Source: Elusimicrobiota bacterium
Lineage (GTDB): Bacteria; Elusimicrobiota; Elusimicrobia; UBA1565; UBA9628
DNA length: 64,000 nt
Direction: 5' to 3'
NCBI GenBank assembly: GCA_035533295.1
Contig: DATLUA010000002.1
Span: 11,323 to 75,322, forward strand
Shown piece by piece: positions 29,106 through 39,624 of the stretch. A program made the position numbers and the translations under genes. The stretch's first letter is position 1. Each line of letters opens with the position of its first letter. Below the pieces are notes generated by a model that saw nothing but the letters and a program-made list of their open reading frames with translations, did no database searches and was not told the DNA's origin.

Positions 29106-29815
29106 GCCCGGCGCGGGTCCAGATACACGCCGGAGGACCTTTGAGCCCCGCGGCCAAGGCGGCGCTCGGGGCGTTTTTCGGCGAACGGCGCAAGGTCGCC
29201 TTCCTGACCGCGGCAAACCTCCAGGACGAGGACGCCTATTTCGAGCGCGTGCGCCGGGCGCTTGAGCCCGCGGCGCCCGAAGGCGCGGGGCTTTCTCTCA
29301 TCCACCTGCGCTGGAACAGCCGCCCCTTGGAAACTCTCGCCCAAGCCGAGGCTTTATTCGTAGGCGGCGGCAACACCTTCGCGCTTTTGCAGAGGCTGCA
29401 ATCCTCCGGCCTCTTGGACGCCGTCGGGGAAAAAGTCCGCTCCGGCATGCCCTACGCAGGCTCCAGCGCCGGCTCGAACGTCGCCGGACCGAACATCCTG
29501 ACCACCAACGATTGGAACGTCGTAGGTTTGGCCCGCTTCGACGCTCTGGAGCTTGTCCCCTTCAACATCAATCCCCACTACAAGGAAGCCGATCCGGCCA
29601 TGGCCCAATTCAGCGAAACCCGCGACGACCGCATCGCGGAGTATCACGCGGTCCGGAAAAATCCGGTGCTGGGCATCGAAGAAGGCTCCTGGGTCCAGGT
29701 CGAGAACGGCCGGGCGACGCTCGAAGGCCAATCCCGCGCCAAGCTCTTTCGCCGCGGAGCGCCGTCGCAGTGGCTTAAAGCCGGCGAGGACCTGCCCCTG
29801 GCGCCTTGGCCTTAG
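29084..29815 (+). CDS. pepE: Dipeptidase E (peptidase S51, alpha-aspartyl dipeptidase)
   Basis: ..FVGGGNTFALLQRL..YAGSSAGSNVAGPNI.. The start is either ATG 29084 or GTG 29102, which overlaps the phosphatase stop (GTGA). Confidence 0.8.
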   Translation: MGKRLQVSPARVQIHAGGPLSPAAKAALGAFFGERRKVAFLTAANLQDEDAYFERVRRALEPAAPEGAGLSLIHLRWNSRPLETLAQAEALFVGGGNTFALLQRLQSSGLLDAVGEKVRSGMPYAGSSAGSNVAGPNILTTNDWNVVGLARFDALELVPFNINPHYKEADPAMAQFSETRDDRIAEYHAVRKNPVLGIEEGSWVQVENGRATLEGQSRAKLFRRGAPSQWLKAGEDLPLAPWP

Positions 29816-29842
29816 CCCGAAGCGAAATGGTAATATGGCTCC

Positions 29843-31042
29843 ATGAATTTTGATCTCGACGCCGAGCACGTGGAGCTCCAGCGCCGCGCCAAAGAGTTCT
29901 GCCAAAAGGAAATCGCCCCCAAAGCCCAGGCCAACGATGCCAAGGAGACGTTCCACTGGGACACGGTCCCCGCTCTGCGCCGCATGGGCTATTTCGGAAT
30001 CACGTTCCCTAAAAAATACGGCGGCCAGGAGCTCGATGAGCTTTCGCTGTGCCTCATCCTCGAAGAACTGGGCGCGGCCGACGCCGCCGCGGCGCTCACC
30101 ATCGAGTCGCACAACGGCCTGTGCACCAACCATATCTACCTTAATGGTAACGAGGAACAGAAAAACAAGTATCTGCCTTTATTGACTTCGGGCGAGATGC
30201 TGGGCGGCTGGGCGCTGACCGAGCCCGGCTCGGGCTCGGACGCGGGCGCGGCCAAAACCAAGGCGATCTTCGACGGCGAGCAGTGGATTTTAAACGGCTC
30301 CAAGACCTTCACCACCCAGGGCTCGGTCGCGGGCGTCTACGTGGTCTTCGCCCAGACCGGCGACCCCGACGCGGGCAAAAAAGAGCTGACCGCCTTTCTC
30401 ATCGACAAAGGCACTCCGGGATTCACCGTCGGAAAAATTGAGCACAAGATGGGCATTCGCTCCTCGGACACGGCCCAGCTTCACCTGCACGACGTCAAGC
30501 TCGACCCCGACCGCATGATCGGGCCCAAGGGCAAGGCCTTCGGCGCGGCGCTGCGGATTTTGGACGGCGGCCGGGTCGCCATCTCCGGCATCTCGGTGGG
30601 CATCGCGCGCGCGGCGCTGGACGAAGGCGTCCGCTGGGTCGCCGCCCGGAAGAGCGACTACGGCATTGTCCCCGAGAACCCGGGACTCACGTTCGCGCAG
30701 CGCACGCTCGCGCAAATCGCGGCCGAGGTGGACGCGGCCAGGCTCCTGACCCACCGCGCCGCGTGCCTGATGGACGCGGGCCGGCCCTTTTCCAAGGAAG
30801 CCTCCATGGCCAAGCTCATCGCGGGAGACCTCGCCATGCGCGCGCCCACGGAAATCCTGGACGTCATCGGCCCCGAGGGCGCGTCCCTGGACTGCCCGGT
30901 CCAGCGCGCCTTTCGAGACGCCAAGCTCTACCAGATCGGCGAAGGTTCGAGCCAAATCCAGCAATTGGTCATCAGCCGCATGCTGCTGGCCGACAAGCCG
31001 CAAGCCGCGGACAAGAAAAAAGCCGCCGCGCACGCTTCATGA
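29843..31042 (+). CDS. Acyl-CoA dehydrogenase
   Basis: Full-length ACAD similarity (..[15 protein letters not shown].., ..[17 protein letters not shown]..). Confidence 0.9.
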   Translation: MNFDLDAEHVELQRRAKEFCQKEIAPKAQANDAKETFHWDTVPALRRMGYFGITFPKKYGGQELDELSLCLILEELGAADAAAALTIESHNGLCTNHIYLNGNEEQKNKYLPLLTSGEMLGGWALTEPGSGSDAGAAKTKAIFDGEQWILNGSKTFTTQGSVAGVYVVFAQTGDPDAGKKELTAFLIDKGTPGFTVGKIEHKMGIRSSDTAQLHLHDVKLDPDRMIGPKGKAFGAALRILDGGRVAISGISVGIARAALDEGVRWVAARKSDYGIVPENPGLTFAQRTLAQIAAEVDAARLLTHRAACLMDAGRPFSKEASMAKLIAGDLAMRAPTEILDVIGPEGASLDCPVQRAFRDAKLYQIGEGSSQIQQLVISRMLLADKPQAADKKKAAAHAS

Positions 31043-33882
31043 GCGAGAGCGTCAAGGCCGAAGCCTCGCCTTATTCCGCGACGCTCAACCTTCCGCAAAC
31101 CGAGTTCCCAATGCGCGGGGACCTGCCCAAGCGCGAGCCGGAAATTCTCAGACGCTGGGCCGGGCTCTACGCCAAAATGCAGGAGCGGCAAGAGGGCCGC
31201 CCATCCTTCGTCCTGCACGACGGCCCGCCTTACGCCAACGGCCGCATTCATATCGGCCACGCCCTGAACAAAATCTTGAAGGACATGTCGGTCAAGTCCC
31301 GCGCGCTTATGGGTTTTTCAACGCCCTACGTGCCCGGCTGGGACTGCCGGGGGCTCCCCATCGAAACCGCGCTCTTGAAAGAAATGAAGACATCCAAGCG
31401 CGGCATCAAGGACGTGCCCGCCTTCCGCAGGGCCGCCGCCGAGTTCGCCGAGAAATTCATCACGATTCAAAAAGAGGAGTTCGAGCGCCTGGGCGTTTTG
31501 GGCGATTGGGAACACCCCTACAAGACGATGGCCCGCGGCTACGAGGCCAAAATCTTGGAGGCTTTCCGCCGGCTGCTGCTCAATGGCTACATCTACCGGG
31601 GCTTGAAGCCTGTTTACTGGTGCATCACCTGCGAGACCGCGCTGGCCGAGGCCGAGATCGAGTACAAAGACAAGACCTCGCCGTCGGTCTACGTGGCGCT
31701 TCCCATCAAAGAAGGCCCGAAAGAACTCCGCGACAAGGACGTGCTCGTCTGGACGACGACTCCCTGGACGCTGCCCGCCAACATGGCCGTCGCTTTTAAT
31801 CCCGACGAAGATTACCGCCTTGTCACCGTGGAAGGGCCGGATATTCCCGGTGGGAAAAGGGACATTTTGTTGGCCGGCAAACGCCTCGCCGCGGTTGAGC
31901 AGGAACTGAAATTAACAAAATACAGCCAGGGCCGCAGCTACAGCGGCGCCGAACTCGTCAGCGCACAACTGGCCTGTGAAACCCCTTTCGGCGAAAGGCG
32001 CTCTGTCGCCGTGGCAGCAAACTACGTCACCATGGAAGACGGCACCGGAATCGTACACACGGCCCCCGGACACGGCGCGGATGACTTCCAGACCGGGCAG
32101 AAATACGGTTTGGAGACGCTTTGCCCCGTGGACGGCGCGGGACGATTCACCGATGAAGCCCCGGAATTTTTGCGCGGCGTGAGGGTTTTTCCCGAGGGCA
32201 ACGACGCCGTCATCGCCGATTTGAAGGAACGCGGCCTACTGCTGGCCCAGAAAAACATCCAGCACAGCTACCCGCACTGCTGGCGGTGCAAGAACCCCGT
32301 CATTTTCCGGGCCACGGAGCAGTGGTTCCTGAATTTGGAAGGCCCGGCCCAATCAGGCTCCTTGCGCGGGAAGCTCCTGGCCGCGATAGAAGCCGTTTCC
32401 TGGATTCCCGAGGCCGGCAAAGCCCGCATTGCCAGCATGGTGGAGAACCGTCCGGATTGGTGCTTGTCGCGCCAGCGCATTTGGGGCACGCCGATTCCGA
32501 TTCTTCACTGCGCCAATCCCACGTGCGCCCAGCCGATTAAGGAAGAAACTGTCTTCATCGCCATTGAGGGCAAGGTCGCCAAGGACGGCGACGGCTTCTG
32601 GTTCGAGAACCCGGGCGCGGAAGTCTCCGCCGAAACCTGGAGCTTTCTGCCGCGAAACCTGCGCTGCCCCGCCTGCGGCCATGAGAGCTTTCGCCGCGAG
32701 ACCGACATCTTGGACGTCTGGATGGACTCGGGCGCCTCGTGGCTGGCCGTGCTGGGAGCCGGCGCGGAAAATCCGCCGGACGTTCCGGCCGCGGACCTCT
32801 ACCTGGAAGGCTCGGACCAGCACCGCGGCTGGTTCCAAAGCTCGCTGGTGCTTTCCACAGCCCTGGCCGGCCGCGCGCCCTACAAAACGGTCTTGACCCA
32901 CGGCTTCGTTTTGGACGAGCGCGGCCGGGCCATGCACAAATCCGCGGGCAACGTCGTCTCCCCTCAAGACGTGATCGGCAAGATGGGCGCGGACGTGCTG
33001 CGGCTCTGGGTCGCCCTGGCGGATTACAACGACGACGTGCGCATCTCGGACAAGCTTCTGGAAGTGCCGGCCGAGGCTTACCGCAAGTTCCGCAACACCG
33101 TGCGCTACCTTCTAGGCAACACTTTCGATTTTGACCCGAAACAAAATTCCATCCCGCCCGAAAAACTGCCGGAGCTTGAGCGCTATATCCTGGAGCTCCT
33201 GGCCGCGCTTCAAAAGGACGTCATGGAAGACTACGGAGCGTTCCGCTTCCGGACCGCGGCCAGGCGCTTCATTGATTTTTGCGCGTCCGACCTCTCTTCC
33301 TTCTACCTCGACATCGTCAAGGACAAGCTCTACACCTTTCCTAAAAACGATCCGGCTCGCCGCGCGGCGCAGACTGTGATGGCCGAAATCCTGGAGCGCC
33401 TTCTGCTTTTGGCCGCGCCCATCCTGTCGTTTACCGCCGAGGAAGCCTGGCAGATGGGGCCGCGCCGATGGAGCCGACGCGAAAGCGCCTTCCTCGCGGA
33501 TTTACCTAAACATGGGATGCGACCGGACGGCGGCGGCAAGGACTTGGCCGCGAAGTGGAGCCACATCCGCCGCATCCGGGCAGTCGCGCAAAAAGCCCTG
33601 GAAGAAGCGCGCGCGGCCAGGAAAATCGGCAGTTCGCTCCAGGCGGCGGTGACGCTTTCAGGCGAGGGCGCGGCGCTTCTGGACGAGGACGGTTGGAGCG
33701 AGGCGCTTTTGGTCTCGCGCGTGCGGCGGGAAACCGGGCCCGGCGAAGTCAAAGCCGCGGTCTTGCCGATCGCCGGTCCCAAGTGCGCCCGCTGCTGGCG
33801 CTACCCCGAGGACGTGGGCGCCGATTCCCGGCATCCCGATTTGTGCGGCCGATGCGCCAAGCACCTCAGTCTCCAAGCCTAA
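31039..33882 (+). CDS. ileS: Isoleucyl-tRNA synthetase
   Basis: [13 protein letters not shown] (HIGH), KMSKS-region equivalents, and a C-terminal Zn-finger C..C...C..C. The start was set at MSESVK (ATGA overlap with the ACAD stop); the track ORF start at 30763 lies inside the ACAD gene. Confidence 0.95.
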   Translation: MSESVKAEASPYSATLNLPQTEFPMRGDLPKREPEILRRWAGLYAKMQERQEGRPSFVLHDGPPYANGRIHIGHALNKILKDMSVKSRALMGFSTPYVPGWDCRGLPIETALLKEMKTSKRGIKDVPAFRRAAAEFAEKFITIQKEEFERLGVLGDWEHPYKTMARGYEAKILEAFRRLLLNGYIYRGLKPVYWCITCETALAEAEIEYKDKTSPSVYVALPIKEGPKELRDKDVLVWTTTPWTLPANMAVAFNPDEDYRLVTVEGPDIPGGKRDILLAGKRLAAVEQELKLTKYSQGRSYSGAELVSAQLACETPFGERRSVAVAANYVTMEDGTGIVHTAPGHGADDFQTGQKYGLETLCPVDGAGRFTDEAPEFLRGVRVFPEGNDAVIADLKERGLLLAQKNIQHSYPHCWRCKNPVIFRATEQWFLNLEGPAQSGSLRGKLLAAIEAVSWIPEAGKARIASMVENRPDWCLSRQRIWGTPIPILHCANPTCAQPIKEETVFIAIEGKVAKDGDGFWFENPGAEVSAETWSFLPRNLRCPACGHESFRRETDILDVWMDSGASWLAVLGAGAENPPDVPAADLYLEGSDQHRGWFQSSLVLSTALAGRAPYKTVLTHGFVLDERGRAMHKSAGNVVSPQDVIGKMGADVLRLWVALADYNDDVRISDKLLEVPAEAYRKFRNTVRYLLGNTFDFDPKQNSIPPEKLPELERYILELLAALQKDVMEDYGAFRFRTAARRFIDFCASDLSSFYLDIVKDKLYTFPKNDPARRAAQTVMAEILERLLLLAAPILSFTAEEAWQMGPRRWSRRESAFLADLPKHGMRPDGGGKDLAAKWSHIRRIRAVAQKALEEARAARKIGSSLQAAVTLSGEGAALLDEDGWSEALLVSRVRRETGPGEVKAAVLPIAGPKCARCWRYPEDVGADSRHPDLCGRCAKHLSLQA

Positions 33883-34364
33883 GCCTTGCCTCCCGCGCCG
33901 CCGTCATCGCGGCGCTTTTCGGGATTGATCGCCTAAGCAAACTTTGGGCCGTCAAGTGCCTCAAACCCACGGCCGTCATCCAGGTCTTTTCTTTTTTTCG
34001 CTTCGTCTATGTCGAGAACACCGGCATGGCTTTCGGATTGGGCCGCCACCGCAATGAGCTTTTCCTGGTCCTCTCCACGGCGCTGCTGCTTGTCCTCCTC
34101 TATCTGCAGAAACTCTGGGCGAAGAAAAATCTCTGGATTCAGCTCGGACTCCTATTGATCATCGTCGGGGCCTTGGGCAATATTTGCGACCGGGTTTTAT
34201 ACGGGCACGTGGTGGACTTTCTGGATTTGCGCATCCTCTCGTTCGATGTCTTCAACGTGTTCAACGTCGCGGATTCTTGCGTGAGCGTCGGCGCGGTCTG
34301 CCTGGGGCTCGGAATTTTAAAGGACGACGCGGAAGAGAAGCGCGGCGGGAAGCCCGTCAGTTAG
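33852..34364 (+). CDS. lspA: Lipoprotein signal peptidase II
   Basis: ..[33 protein letters not shown].. Its ATG lies 31 nt inside the ileS 3' end, in a different frame. Confidence 0.85.
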   Translation: MRQAPQSPSLSLASRAAVIAALFGIDRLSKLWAVKCLKPTAVIQVFSFFRFVYVENTGMAFGLGRHRNELFLVLSTALLLVLLYLQKLWAKKNLWIQLGLLLIIVGALGNICDRVLYGHVVDFLDLRILSFDVFNVFNVADSCVSVGAVCLGLGILKDDAEEKRGGKPVS

Positions 34365-34897
34365 CTGGACGGATGCTCCATCTTCCAAACGTGGTTTCCA
34401 AATAAATAGCCCCCTCCCGCCGCGAACAAAAGACCCAGAAATCCGAAGCCAAAAACCGACATGGCCACATAACCGGCATATGCGCCGGTAAGAACGCCGT
34501 TGCGGTTAGCCCTTTTGTCGCCCCCTCCCGTCTTCGGGGCCGCGACGCCGACTTCTTCGTGCGGAGCCGGGACGGACAGATTATCAGAGGACCCGCCCTG
34601 CCCAACGGCCTCATGCAGATCATACGATTGAGCCCTTTGGTTGATTTCGCCCTGGGATTTCGCGTCTCCACTCTGCGCCGCCTTATTCGGAACATCGACG
34701 ACCGCAGGAACCGAGTTCCGACATGGGCCGCCCGTATCCAAGGGACTTAAATCGCCGCAGGCACCGGCCTCCTGCAGCGTGGTCTGCGCCTTGCCGCCTT
34801 TATCTTGGATGGTCCCCTGGGACTGAGACTGCGGCCAAGCAACGGCGCAGGTCAAAACGAACGCCACCACGGCCGCTCCCAGTCTTATTCCTTTCAT
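34361..34897 (-). CDS. Hypothetical secreted/membrane protein (signal peptide plus C-terminal TM anchor)
   Basis: MKGIRLGAAVVAFVLTCAVAWPQ signal, a Gly/Ser/Ala-rich middle, and a C-terminal AGYVAMSVFGFGFLGLLFAAGGGYLFG helix. Confidence 0.45.
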   Translation of the reverse strand: MKGIRLGAAVVAFVLTCAVAWPQSQSQGTIQDKGGKAQTTLQEAGACGDLSPLDTGGPCRNSVPAVVDVPNKAAQSGDAKSQGEINQRAQSYDLHEAVGQGGSSDNLSVPAPHEEVGVAAPKTGGGDKRANRNGVLTGAYAGYVAMSVFGFGFLGLLFAAGGGYLFGNHVWKMEHPSS

Positions 34898-34969
34898 AAA
34901 TACAAGCCTCACCTTCAGAATAAAGGAAGAACTTGACCCTGTCAAGGGCCTACCAAAGTAAAAATTCGG

Positions 34970-36379
34970 TTAAAAACCGCGGCTTGCCCGTCGCAAAAGG
35001 CCGACAAGCTCAACGTGGGAGGTTTGGGGAAACAAGTCCACCGGCTGGACTCGTTCGAGCTTGTAGCCCGCGCGCGAAAGCAGCCCCGCGTCCCGCGCGA
35101 AGGTGGCTGGATTGCAGGAAACGTAGACCACGCGCTCGAAGGACCGGTGCGTTAGGGCGCGCAGCGCGCCGGGCAAGAGCCCTTGCCTCGGCGGGTCGAC
35201 CACCGCGGCGCAGGCTCCGGAGAGTTCGGCGGAAAGCTGGCGCAGGATTGATTCCACCCGTCCGGCCAGAAACCGGGCATTTTTGATTCCGTTCCTGCGC
35301 GCGTTGGCCCCGGCGTCTTGGACCGCCTCCGCATTCTCCTCGACGCCGATGATTTTATCCGCCGCGTCGGACAGCCACGCGGTGAGCGTGCCCACGCCGC
35401 AATAAAGGTCGAGAACTCGGTCGAACCTGGGAGCGCCCTCCGCCAGCGCCGAACGGGCGGCGGCGTAGAGGATTTCCGCGGCGGGAGTGTTCACCTGTAG
35501 GAAGGCTCCCGGCGAGGCCGAGAACAAAAACTTCCCGACTCGCTCCTCGATGCGTGGAACGCCCCAAAGCCGCGTCCAGCGCGGCCCCAGGACCACCGAG
35601 GTTTTCTCCGGCTGCACGTTGAGGTAAATCGAAGCCAGCTCCGGCGTCCCGGCGCGCATCTCTTCGACGAAGCGATCCCCATCCGGGAATTCGGCCGACC
35701 GTACGGCCAAGGCAATCAACGCCTGCCCCTGGGTATTGGTGCGCGCGAAGAAGTGCCTAAGCCATCCCCCGCCGCTTTTTTCATCGTAAACCTTCCAGTT
35801 GAAGCGGCGCGCCAACGCCTTGGCCTTTAACGCCAGGCGCACCGCCAAGTCCGGCTGGACCGGGCAGGCGGAAAAATCCGCAATCTGGTGGCTCTGCGGA
35901 GCGTAGAATCCCGCGATAATTTCGTTTTTTCCATTAATGCCGAAAGGAATCTGGACCTTATTGCGGTAGCCCCATATATAAGGAGAGGCCAGCGTCGGGA
36001 GCACCTCGGCGCCCGTAATCTTGCCGATGCGGCGCAGACAGTCCTCCACGATGCCCCGCTTATATTCCAGCTGCGCCGGATAGCTCAAATGCTGCCAATC
36101 GCAGCCGCCGCAAAAAAGGCCAGAGGAACCCGGGCGAAAATGGAGGGGGCACGCCGGATCGACCCGGTCCGGACCGGGCGCCACGACGCGCAGGATTTTA
36201 GCGCGGGCATAGGTTCCCTTGGTCGAGACGATTTCGGCTTCGATTTCATCGCCAGGAGCGCCGTAGGGAACAAAGACCACGCGCGCGGAATCTTGCGCCC
36301 GGGCGATGGCCTCTCCCTCGGGCGCCAAGCGCTCGACCTTGAGCCTCAAGACCTGACGTTCTCCGGACACGGCCTTCAT
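34970..36379 (-). CDS. rlmD: 23S rRNA (uracil-C5)-methyltransferase RlmD/RumA (TRAM + 4Fe-4S + SAM MTase)
   Basis: TRAM N-terminus, a Cys cluster C..C..C, VLDLYCGVGTLT SAM motif, and VVYVSCNPATFARD. The start was set at MKAVSGERQ; the 114-aa upstream extension was judged non-coding. Confidence 0.85.
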   Translation of the reverse strand: MKAVSGERQVLRLKVERLAPEGEAIARAQDSARVVFVPYGAPGDEIEAEIVSTKGTYARAKILRVVAPGPDRVDPACPLHFRPGSSGLFCGGCDWQHLSYPAQLEYKRGIVEDCLRRIGKITGAEVLPTLASPYIWGYRNKVQIPFGINGKNEIIAGFYAPQSHQIADFSACPVQPDLAVRLALKAKALARRFNWKVYDEKSGGGWLRHFFARTNTQGQALIALAVRSAEFPDGDRFVEEMRAGTPELASIYLNVQPEKTSVVLGPRWTRLWGVPRIEERVGKFLFSASPGAFLQVNTPAAEILYAAARSALAEGAPRFDRVLDLYCGVGTLTAWLSDAADKIIGVEENAEAVQDAGANARRNGIKNARFLAGRVESILRQLSAELSGACAAVVDPPRQGLLPGALRALTHRSFERVVYVSCNPATFARDAGLLSRAGYKLERVQPVDLFPQTSHVELVGLLRRASRGF

Positions 36380-36406
36380 CCTACAATTTTGTAAAATGGA
36401 CGCTCC

Positions 36407-37258
36407 ATGAAAATGCGCCCGGCGCTCCTCGCCGCAGCCGCGCTCGCGGCCGGGGCCTGCGTTCCCTACCCGCAGAGCGGCCCGGACGAATCCGGCGCCG
36501 GAAGCGCGCCCGCCGTCACCCAGGGCTCCTTCGGGCCGCTCGACGCGGGCGCCAGCCGAGTCGACAGCCTGCATTTCTCCGTGCATGCTTACGGCGATCA
36601 AGCCGCCAACCAAATCTCGGCCGCGGCCGAGACCGATTACAACAACATCATGATGGACACCAACCTTTACTCCTTCATGCCCCAGACCGGGCTCTATCAG
36701 ATTTATGTCTATGCCGACCAAGCCGAGTACCTAAAGAAGACGGGCCAGCCGGGCTGGTCCGGGGGCATGGCTTACGGCAACTCCATCTACACCTACATGA
36801 GCCAGCAGCTTTACCCCATCTTGGCCCATGAAATGACCCACGTCATTTTCTACGAGTACATGCGCTACCCCGGCGGTGAAATAAATTCTCAGCACCGCTG
36901 GGTCAACGAGGGGTTGGCCGTTTATGAGGAAGAAAAAGCGGCCTCCGGCGGACAGGGTTTGGTGGACATCTTCCCGAGCGTGCGGCCCACCATGGTCCAA
37001 AGCCCCATCCCGATGGATCAGATGATCAGCCTGGCCCCGGCGACCGAAGAGGCCCATACGGTCAGCGTTTGGTACTGCGAGGCCGAAAGCCTGGTCCAAT
37101 TCATGATCGAGCACGGCGGACGCATGGGCTTCTCGCAGTTCCTGGCCGCCCTGCAAAAGGGCCAAACTCTCGATCAAGCGGTCGCCGCGGGATTTCCCGG
37201 CACCTGGAGCAACCTGGCTTCTCTCTACAGCGCATGGAAGACATCCCTTTTGCAGTAA
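36407..37258 (+). CDS. Putative Zn-metallopeptidase lipoprotein (HExxH)
   Basis: Signal peptide with AAGAC lipobox-like Cys, then ILAHEMTHVIFYE...WVNEGLAVYEE (HExxH plus a downstream Glu). Confidence 0.55.
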   Translation: MKMRPALLAAAALAAGACVPYPQSGPDESGAGSAPAVTQGSFGPLDAGASRVDSLHFSVHAYGDQAANQISAAAETDYNNIMMDTNLYSFMPQTGLYQIYVYADQAEYLKKTGQPGWSGGMAYGNSIYTYMSQQLYPILAHEMTHVIFYEYMRYPGGEINSQHRWVNEGLAVYEEEKAASGGQGLVDIFPSVRPTMVQSPIPMDQMISLAPATEEAHTVSVWYCEAESLVQFMIEHGGRMGFSQFLAALQKGQTLDQAVAAGFPGTWSNLASLYSAWKTSLLQ

Positions 37259-39180
37259 ACGCCGCGAACCGGGTCCCTCTAATCCAGATCGCGGCGGGAA
37301 TCCTCCTGGCCACGCCCATCCTGGCTCAAAACGCCCTGGGGTTTTCCCCCTACACCGGCTTGGCCTTGTCCTTCCTGCTGGTCTTAGCCGGCGGCTGGAG
37401 TTTTCACAAAAGCGCGGCTAGGAATTTTATTTGGAAAGGGCTTGGCGCCGACGCGCTCATCTCGTTTTCTTCTTGGACGGCTTTTGTCTCCATCGCGGCC
37501 GCCGTCTTGTTCCCGCGCATCCTGCCCGCCGCGACGCGAACCTCCGGCGCGGACATTCTCTGCTCGCTCATAGTTATCTCCTCTCTCGGGCGCCGTATCG
37601 CCGACCGCATGGACGCGCGCGGCGGGCGCGCCCTGGACAGGCTGCTCCGGCTCGCGCCCAAGACCGGAAGAATACTTAATTCCTCCGGAGAAAAAACGGT
37701 CCCCATCGAGGAGATCGCGGCCGGAGCTATCGCGCATGTCCGTCCAGGGGAGCAAATTCCCGCCGACGGCGTCGTCGCCTCGGGTTCATCCCTGGTTGAC
37801 GAAGCGCTCATACACGCCACCCCCCAACCGATCGAAAAAGCCGAAGGAGCCGCCGTGACGGCCGGAGCCCTGAACAAATCCAACTCGCTCTGGCTGCGCG
37901 CCAAAAAACCGGGCGACGAATCCGAGTTGCGCCGAATCGTGGGCCAATCATCCGCCAAAAGAAATTCAGGTTCGCGTTTCTTTGGCTTCGCCGATAACGC
38001 CGCGGCGCTAAGCCTGCCCCTCGTGCTTATCGCTTCGCTGACCATGGCCGTGATTTGGGCCATTGACGGCCCCAAGTCGCGCCCCCTGTGGGCTAGCGCC
38101 GTTCTTTTCTCCGTCCTATCTGCGGCCTGCCCCTGCGCGCTCGCGCTGTCCGAGCCTCTTGCCGCCCTCTGCGGATGGCGGCAAGCCCGCAGAAAAGGCG
38201 TCAACTTCCGCCGTTTAGGCGCGCTCTCCGGAATGAACCGCATTGACGTCGTCTTGGTCGGCAAGACCGGAGTCTTGACCCGCGGGAAACCGAGCGTGGT
38301 CAAGGTCGTAGGAGCCAACCCCGGAACGGAGAAAAAATCCCTCGCCGCCGCTCTTTCCATCGCGGAGCGCTCGCCCCACCCACTGTCTGAAGCCGTCGCG
38401 GCGTACGCCCGAGAGGCCGGCGCGCGGCCTCTTCCGGTCGAATCGTTCGAGATGGATCAGGGCCGGGGCGCCACCGCCAGAATCGGCGGACGGACCGCGC
38501 GGCTGGGCAGCCTGTCCTGGCTCAAGGCCAGCGGCGTCGCCGTCCCGACCGCCGCCATCGGAGGAGCCGTTTCCGCCGTGGGCTTCGCCTGGGACAAAGA
38601 CTCTCTTCTTGTCTTTATCCTGGAGGACCAATTTCGGAACGGCGCCGCCCAAGCCGTCGCGCGGCTTAAAAGAATGGGAATCGAAACCGTGCTGGCGTGC
38701 GGGGATCGCAACGAAAGCGCTTACCGGGCGGCCGAAAAGACCGGCATCGCCCGCGTCTTTCCCGAGACCCTGCCCGAGGAAAAAATGCGCCTCGTCGAAA
38801 GGCTCCAGGCCGAGGGAAAACGCGTGGCCCTGCTGGGGCGAAAATTCTCGGATGCCGAGGCCCTCTGCCGGGCGGATTTTTCCCTTTCAGCCAAGCCCGG
38901 TTCCTCTGTCGCCCAGGAAATCGCGGATGTCGTGCTTGAGGACGGCGACATCTCCCGCGTCGCGCGGACTTTCGAAATGGGCGACGCTATCCGCCGGGCA
39001 GCTCGAAAAAACGTCCTTTGGGCGCTGGGAATAAACGCGCTCCTTCTTCCGGCGGCGGCGGGCGCCCTCTATCCTCGCTTTGGAGTCCTCATCCCCGAAT
39101 CCCTCGCGGCCGGGGTCATTCTCGCGCAAATCCTGGCGCAATGGATCAACTCAAGCAGAATCGTGAAGGAGGCGGCATGA
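37234..39180 (+). CDS. Degenerate P1B-type (heavy-metal) P-type ATPase homolog: CPC and HP motifs retained; TGES, DKTGT (now GKTGV) and GDGIND (now GRKFSD) lost
   Basis: Alignment by eye to CopA/ZntA: SAACPCALALS, ..IDVVLVGKTGVLTRGKPSV.. (CopA has IDTVVFDKTGTLTEGKPEV), ..ERSPHPLSEAV.., ..VALLGRKFSDAEAL.. (CopA has VAMVGDGINDAPAL). No N-terminal HMA domain. Confidence 0.7.
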   Translation: MEDIPFAVNAANRVPLIQIAAGILLATPILAQNALGFSPYTGLALSFLLVLAGGWSFHKSAARNFIWKGLGADALISFSSWTAFVSIAAAVLFPRILPAATRTSGADILCSLIVISSLGRRIADRMDARGGRALDRLLRLAPKTGRILNSSGEKTVPIEEIAAGAIAHVRPGEQIPADGVVASGSSLVDEALIHATPQPIEKAEGAAVTAGALNKSNSLWLRAKKPGDESELRRIVGQSSAKRNSGSRFFGFADNAAALSLPLVLIASLTMAVIWAIDGPKSRPLWASAVLFSVLSAACPCALALSEPLAALCGWRQARRKGVNFRRLGALSGMNRIDVVLVGKTGVLTRGKPSVVKVVGANPGTEKKSLAAALSIAERSPHPLSEAVAAYAREAGARPLPVESFEMDQGRGATARIGGRTARLGSLSWLKASGVAVPTAAIGGAVSAVGFAWDKDSLLVFILEDQFRNGAAQAVARLKRMGIETVLACGDRNESAYRAAEKTGIARVFPETLPEEKMRLVERLQAEGKRVALLGRKFSDAEALCRADFSLSAKPGSSVAQEIADVVLEDGDISRVARTFEMGDAIRRAARKNVLWALGINALLLPAAAGALYPRFGVLIPESLAAGVILAQILAQWINSSRIVKEAA

Positions 39181-39608
39181 AAAAAAAATCAAAAACCAAG
39201 GGGGCGTTCTACGGGTACGCTCCCGAACTCGCCTTTTCCGGCAGGTCCGAGCGCCTGCCTCCGCTGGAAACCTGGCCGAACCAATACCGGGGCTATGAAA
39301 TCAAGATCGAATGCCCGGAGTTTACCTCCATCTGCCCCAAGACCAAGCTTCCCGATTTCGGCGCGCTGACGTTGCGCTATCTTCCAAATAGGGAATGCGT
39401 GGAGCTAAAATCCTTCAAGTACTACCTGCTCGGCTACCGGAACCTGGGGATTTTCTACGAGAACGCGGTCAACCGCATCTTGGACGACGTCGTCAAGGCC
39501 GTCAAGCCCGTTTGGGCGGAACTGGAAGGCAAATTCTCCACCCGCGGCGGCATGCACTCCACGATTACCGCCCGGCACCCGCGGCGCGACGGAGAAGCCG
39601 GAAGCTAA
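39177..39608 (+). CDS. queF: NADPH-dependent 7-cyano-7-deazaguanine reductase QueF (type I)
   Basis: ..FTSICPKT..ELKSFKYYLLGYRN.. QueF motifs. RBS AAGGAGG; the ATG overlaps the ATPase stop (ATGA). Confidence 0.85.
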   Translation: MKKKSKTKGAFYGYAPELAFSGRSERLPPLETWPNQYRGYEIKIECPEFTSICPKTKLPDFGALTLRYLPNRECVELKSFKYYLLGYRNLGIFYENAVNRILDDVVKAVKPVWAELEGKFSTRGGMHSTITARHPRRDGEAGS

Positions 39609-39624
39609 ACCAGGCGGCGGGTTT

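Noticed and set aside
29354-30133. 259-aa minus-strand ORF
   Set aside because: It is antisense to pepE and the acyl-CoA dehydrogenase, with no domain signal.
30763-31038. Upstream extension of the ileS ORF
   Set aside because: It lies inside the acyl-CoA dehydrogenase gene in another frame. The conserved IleS N-terminus begins at MSESVK (31039).
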